This document shows, in pieces, positions 18,050 to 22,859 of a stretch of DNA of 22,859 nt. The stretch is taken from positions 96,566-119,424 of the forward strand of contig NIVC01003100.1 in assembly GCA_002269645.1 (NCBI GenBank), written 5' to 3'. The notes below the pieces were generated by a model. It saw only the letters and a list, made by a program, of their open reading frames with translations. It was not told the origin of the DNA and ran no database searches. This DNA is from Macrostomum lignano. Lineage: Eukaryota. A program made the translations under genes and the position numbers. The number at the start of each line of letters is the position of its first letter. Position 1 is the stretch's first letter.

Positions 18050-18930
18050 TTGACTGATTGACATTTGTGCGTCAAATCTGATTGATTGATTGATTGATTG
18101 GCATTTGTGCGTCAATTCTGATTGATTGATTGATTGATTGGCATTTGTGCGTCAATTCTGATTGATTGATTGATTGGCATTTGTGCGTCAATTCTGATTG
18201 ATTGATTGATTGATTGGCATTTGTGCGTCAATTCTGATTGATTGATTGATTGGCATTTGTGCGTCAATTCTGATTGATTGATTGGCATTTGTGCGTCAAT
18301 TCTGATTGATTGATTGATTGGCATTTGTGCGTCAATTCTGATTGATTGATTGATTGGCATTTGTGCGTCAATTCTGATTGATTGATTGATTGGCATTTGT
18401 GCGTCAATTCTGATTGATTGATTGATTGATTGGCATTTGTGCGTCAATTCTGATTGATTGATTGATTGGCATTTGTGCGTCAATTCTGATTGATTGATTG
18501 GCATTTGTGCGTCAATTCTGATTGATTGATTGATTGGCATTTGTGCGTCAATTCTGATTGATTGATTGATTGGCATTTGTGCGTCAATTCTGATTGATTG
18601 ATTGATTGATTGGCATTTGTGCGTCAATTCTGATTGATTGATTGATTGGCATTTGTGCGTCAATTCTGATTGATTGATTGATTGATTGATTGGCATTTGT
18701 GCGTCAATTCTGATTGATTGATTGATTGATTGGCATTTGTGCGTCAATTCTGATTGATTGATTGATTGGCATTTGTGCGTCAATTCTGATTGATTGATTG
18801 ATTGATTGGCATTTGTGCGTCAATTCTGATTGATTGATTGATTGGCATTTGTGCGTCAATTCTGATTGATTGATTGGTTGATTGGACTTTGTGCGTAAAT
18901 GTTGATTGATTGATTGATTGATTGATTGAC
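18050..18930. repeat. Composite repeat GCATTTGTGCGTCAATTCT plus a variable (GATT)n tract
   Basis: Directly visible; period varies in 4-bp steps. Confidence 0.97.
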
Positions 18931-19347
18931 ATGTCGTGTTTGACAAATGCTTTTTGCTTGCTGCATCAGGTGCCAGTCTATCAGCCAGCGCTGAGTATTT
19001 TCGGGTGTTTCGCTTCGTCCTTAGCCAGTTAACCAGTGCCGCTGCTAGTCTCTGCTGCAATTAATCACCCCGCTCAACAGTCCAATAGCTATTGATATAT
19101 TATCTGGTTTCCTGTGCTTATATTCAAGTCTAATTGGCTGTTTTTATATTTTGTTATGCGCGAATATGCGTGTATTCAGATCTGTATGTACGAGCGTACT
19201 TGTGTATAAATACGGCGGAATTATGATATTTATTTATTGTTCATTGTCACAGGATGCGAATCTTTCTGTTTTATATAATTTGCTGCAGTTTGTGTTCAAA
19301 TTAGTCATTGTTCATGCTGATGGTCGATCTGATTTCTGTTTGTCTGC

Positions 19348-19348
<1 letters not shown>

Positions 19349-19429
<81 letters not shown>

Positions 19430-20026
19430 GTGTCTGACTGACTGACTGACTGACTGACTGACTGACTGACTGACTGACTGACTGACTGACTGACTGACTG
19501 ACTGACTGACTGACTGACTGACTGACTGACTGACTGACTGACTGACTGACTGACTGACTGACTGACTGACTGACTGACTGACTGACTGACTGACTGACTG
19601 ACTGACTGACTGACTGACTGACTGACTGACTGACTGACTGACTGACTGACTGACTGACTGACTGACTGACTGACTGACTGACTGACTGACTGACTGACTG
19701 ACTGACTGACTGACTGACTGACTGACTGACTGACTGACTGACTGACTGACTGACTGACTGACTGACTGACTGACTGACTGACTGACTGACTGACTGACTG
19801 ACTGACTGACTGACTGACTGACTGACTGACTGACTGACTGACTGACTGACTGACTGACTGACTGACTGACTGACTGACTGACTGACTGACTGACTGACTG
19901 ACTGACTGACTGACTGACTGACTGACTGACTGACTGACTGACTGACTGACTGACTGACTGACTGACTGACTGACTGACTGACTGACTGACTGACTGACTG
20001 ACTGACTGACTGACTGACTGACTGAC
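19349..20026. repeat. (TCTG)n followed by a long (GACT)n microsatellite (~590 bp)
   Basis: Directly visible. Confidence 0.98.
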
Positions 20027-20106
20027 CAGGCAGTAACTAATGCTTCTCTATTTTTTATGTTGGTTGGTCAGCAATGCTCGGATAGTGACACGGCCGCCTT
20101 ACTCAC

Positions 20107-20198
20107 ACTCGCACTATCGCAACGCGCCTGCCCGTGCCATGGTCCAGTGCTTGGCACTCAAACTCCAAGTACCGCCGGATCCGACCATATATCTTTAA
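20107..20198 (-). other. Possible small exon of an unidentified convergent gene
   Basis: GC-richer island with TTTCTATTTGCACAG| acceptor and |GTGAGT donor; one open frame (LKIYGRIRRYLEFECQALDHGTGRRVAIVR), not recognised. Confidence 0.2.
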
Positions 20199-20469
20199 CT
20201 GTGCAAATAGAAACAGCTTTTGTTAACGTTTGTTATTTCAGATTTAGAGTTTCTGTTTCTGCGTTTGATTTAATATTTATATGTGATCATTGCAGAGTGA
20301 AAATGCTTTGCCGTTTTTAACTTAAATCTTTGCTTGCTTGTCTTTTTTCTGAATGCATATGTAGAAGTTGCTGTAGAAGTGTATTGAGATGAGGTAAAGG
20401 GTTGGCTTCAATCTCTTTTAAAGAGTTGTGTTGAAGTTCTTCGTTGAAAGGTTTGAATTTTTCAGTTGA

Positions 20470-22056
20470 AGGTCTCTGCTGAAGTGTGGATTTGAAGGTC
20501 TTTGTTGAAGGGTGGAGTTGAAGGTCTCTGTTGAAGGGTGGAGTTGAAGGTCTCTGTTGAAGGGTGGAGTTGAAGGTCTCTGTTGAAGGGTGGAGTTGAA
20601 GGTCTCTGTTGAAGGGTGGAGCTGAAGGTCTTTGTTGAAGGGTGGAGTTGAAGGTCTCTGTTGAAGGGTGGAGCTGAAGGTCTCTGTTGAAGGGTGGAGT
20701 TGAAGGTCTCTGTTGAAGGGTGGAGCTGAAGGTCTCTGTTGAAGGGTGGAGTTGAAGGTCTCTGTTGAAGGGTGGAGTTGAAGGTCTCTGTTGAAGGGTG
20801 GAGTTGAAGGTCTCTGTTGAAGGGTGGAGCTGAAGTTCTCTGTTGAAGGGTGGAGTTGAAGGTCTCTGTTGAAGGGTGGATTTGAAGGGTGGAGCTGAAG
20901 GTCTCTGTTGAAGGGTGGAGTTGAAGGTCTCTGTTGAAGGGTGGAGTTGAAGGTCTCTGTTGAAGGGTGGAGTTGAAGGTCTCTATTGAAGGGTGGAGTT
21001 GAAGGTCTCTGTTGAAGGGTGGAGTTGAAGGTCTCTGCTGAAGGGTGGAGTTGAAGGTCTCTGTTGAAGGGTGGAGCTGAAGGTCTCTGCTGAAGGGTGG
21101 AGTTGAAGGTCTCTGCTGAAGGGTGGAGTTGAAGGTCTCTGTTGAAGGGTGGAGCTGAAGGTCTCTGTTGAAGGGTGGAGTTGAAGGTCTCTGTCGAAGG
21201 GTGGAGTTGAAGGTCTCTGTTGAAGGGTGGAGTTGACGGTATTTGTTGAAGGGTGGAGTTGAAGGTCTCTGTTGAAGGGTGGAGCTAAAGGTCTCTGTTG
21301 AAGGGTGGAGCTGAAGGTCTCTGTTGAAGGGTGGAGCTGAAGGTCTCTGTTGAAGGGTGAAGTTGAAGGTCTCTGTTGAAGGGTGGAGTTGAAGGTCTCT
21401 GTTGAAGGGTGGAGCTGAAGGTCTCTGTTGAAGGGTGGAGCTGAAGGTCTCTGTTGAAGGGTGGAGTTGAAGGGTGGAGCTGAAGGTCTCTGTTGAAGGG
21501 TGGAGTTGAAGGGTGGAGTTGAAGGTCTCTGTTGAAGGGTGGAGTTGAAGGTCTCTGTTGAAGGGTGGAGTTGAAGGTCTCTGTTGAAGGGTGGAGCTGA
21601 AGGTCTCTGTTGAAGGGTGGAGTTGAAGGTCTCTGTTGAAGGGTGGAGTTGAAGGTCTCTGTTGAAGGGTGGAGCTGAAGTTTTCTGTTGAAGGGTGGAG
21701 TTGAAGGTCTCTGTTGAAGGGTGGATTTGAAGGGTGGAGCTGAAGGTCTCTGTTGAAGGGTGGAGTTGAAGGTCTCTGTTGAAGGGTGGAGTTGAAGGTC
21801 TCTGTTGAAGGGTGGAGTTGAAGGTCTCTATTGAAGGGTGGAGTTGAAGGTCTCTGTTGAAGGGTGGAGTTGAAGGTCTCTGCTGAAGGGTGGAGTTGAA
21901 GGTCTCTGTTGAAGGGTGGAGCTGAAGGTCTCTGCTGAAGGGTGGAGTTGAAGGTCTCTGTTGAAGGGTGGAGTTGAAGGTCTCTGCTGAAGGGTGGAGT
22001 TGAAGGTCTCTGTTGAAGGGTGGAGTGAAGGTCTCTGCTGAAGGGTGGAGTTGAAG
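20470..22056. repeat. 26-bp minisatellite made of two related 13-mers (GAAGGTCTCTGTT / GAAGGGTGGAGTT), ~60 copies
   Basis: Directly visible. Confidence 0.97.
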
Positions 22057-22859
22057 CTAATATTCCAAATCCCTATGCTAATATTCAAATCCAAGGCTAA
22101 TATTCCAAATATTGCTAACATTCCGATCCCTATGCTAATATTCCCAATCCCAAGGCTAATATTCCAAATCCCAAGGCTAATATTCCAAATCCCTATGCTA
22201 ATATTCTAAATCCCAAGGCTAATATTCCAAATCCCTATGCTAACATTCCGAATCCCTATGCTAATATTCCAAATCCCAATGCTAATATTCCAAATCCAAT
22301 GCTAATATTCCAAATCCCAATGCTAATATTCCAAATCCCAATGCTAATATTCCAAATCCAATGCTAATATTCCAAATCCCTATGCTAATATTCCAAATCC
22401 CAAGGCTAATATTCAAATCCCTATGCTAATATTCCAAATCCCAAGGCTAATATTCCAAATCCCTATGCTAACATTCCAAATCCCTATGCTAATATTCCAA
22501 ATCTCAATGCTAATATTCCAAATCCAATGCTAATATTCCAAATCCCAATGCTAATTTAAATCTTAATGCTAATATTCCAAATCCCAATGCTAATATTCCA
22601 AATCCCAATGCTAATATTCCAAATCCCAAGGCTAATATTCCAAATCCCAAGGCTAATATTCCAAATCCCAAGGCTAATATTCCAAATCCCTGTGCTAATA
22701 TCCAAATCCCTGTGCTAATATTCCAAATCCCTATGCTAATATTCCAAATCCCAAGGCTAATATTCAAAATCCGCGATGGTAATATTCCACATCCCTATGC
22801 TAACATTCCAAATCCCTATGTAACATTCCGAATCCTATGCTAACATTCCGAATCCCTAT
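22056..22859. repeat. 21-bp minisatellite (GCTAATATTCCAAATCCC(A/T)A(T/G)), runs off the window end
   Basis: Directly visible. Confidence 0.97.

Noticed and set aside
18940-19058. Minus-strand exon QRLAAALVNWLRTKR...
   Set aside because: No recognisable homology, no clear donor, and phase is inconsistent with the best donor of the 20107-20198 candidate.
18112-22767. ORFs over the GATT, 26-bp and 21-bp repeats
   Set aside because: Translations of simple repeats.

Overview
Eukaryotic (metazoan-type, intron-containing) DNA with two parts. (1) 1-~14.7 kb: a putative tyrosine-recombinase (YR, Crypton-type) mobile element encoded on the minus strand. Upstream of the spliced YR gene lies a ~9-kb array of ~43 copies of a 71-bp repeat separating modules in non-periodic order: six copies of a small basic ORF (A), five non-coding modules (B), one compact DBF4-like gene (D) and a Lys-rich ORF (H). 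A, D and YR lack their own ATG and each starts at a phase-0 splice acceptor. At the far 5' end of the array is a 15-codon ATG exon with a strong phase-0 donor (13467-13511). A, D and H share a C-terminal tail ending in a KVSF (RVxF-type) motif. Two hAT-type insertions with 8-bp target duplications interrupt the array. (2) ~14.8-17.7 kb: the last three recognisable exons of a RalGAP-beta-like host gene (+ strand), followed by and interspersed with mini- and microsatellites to the window end. The integron- or shufflon-like cassette model is inferred from sequence structure only; no searches or expression data were available.
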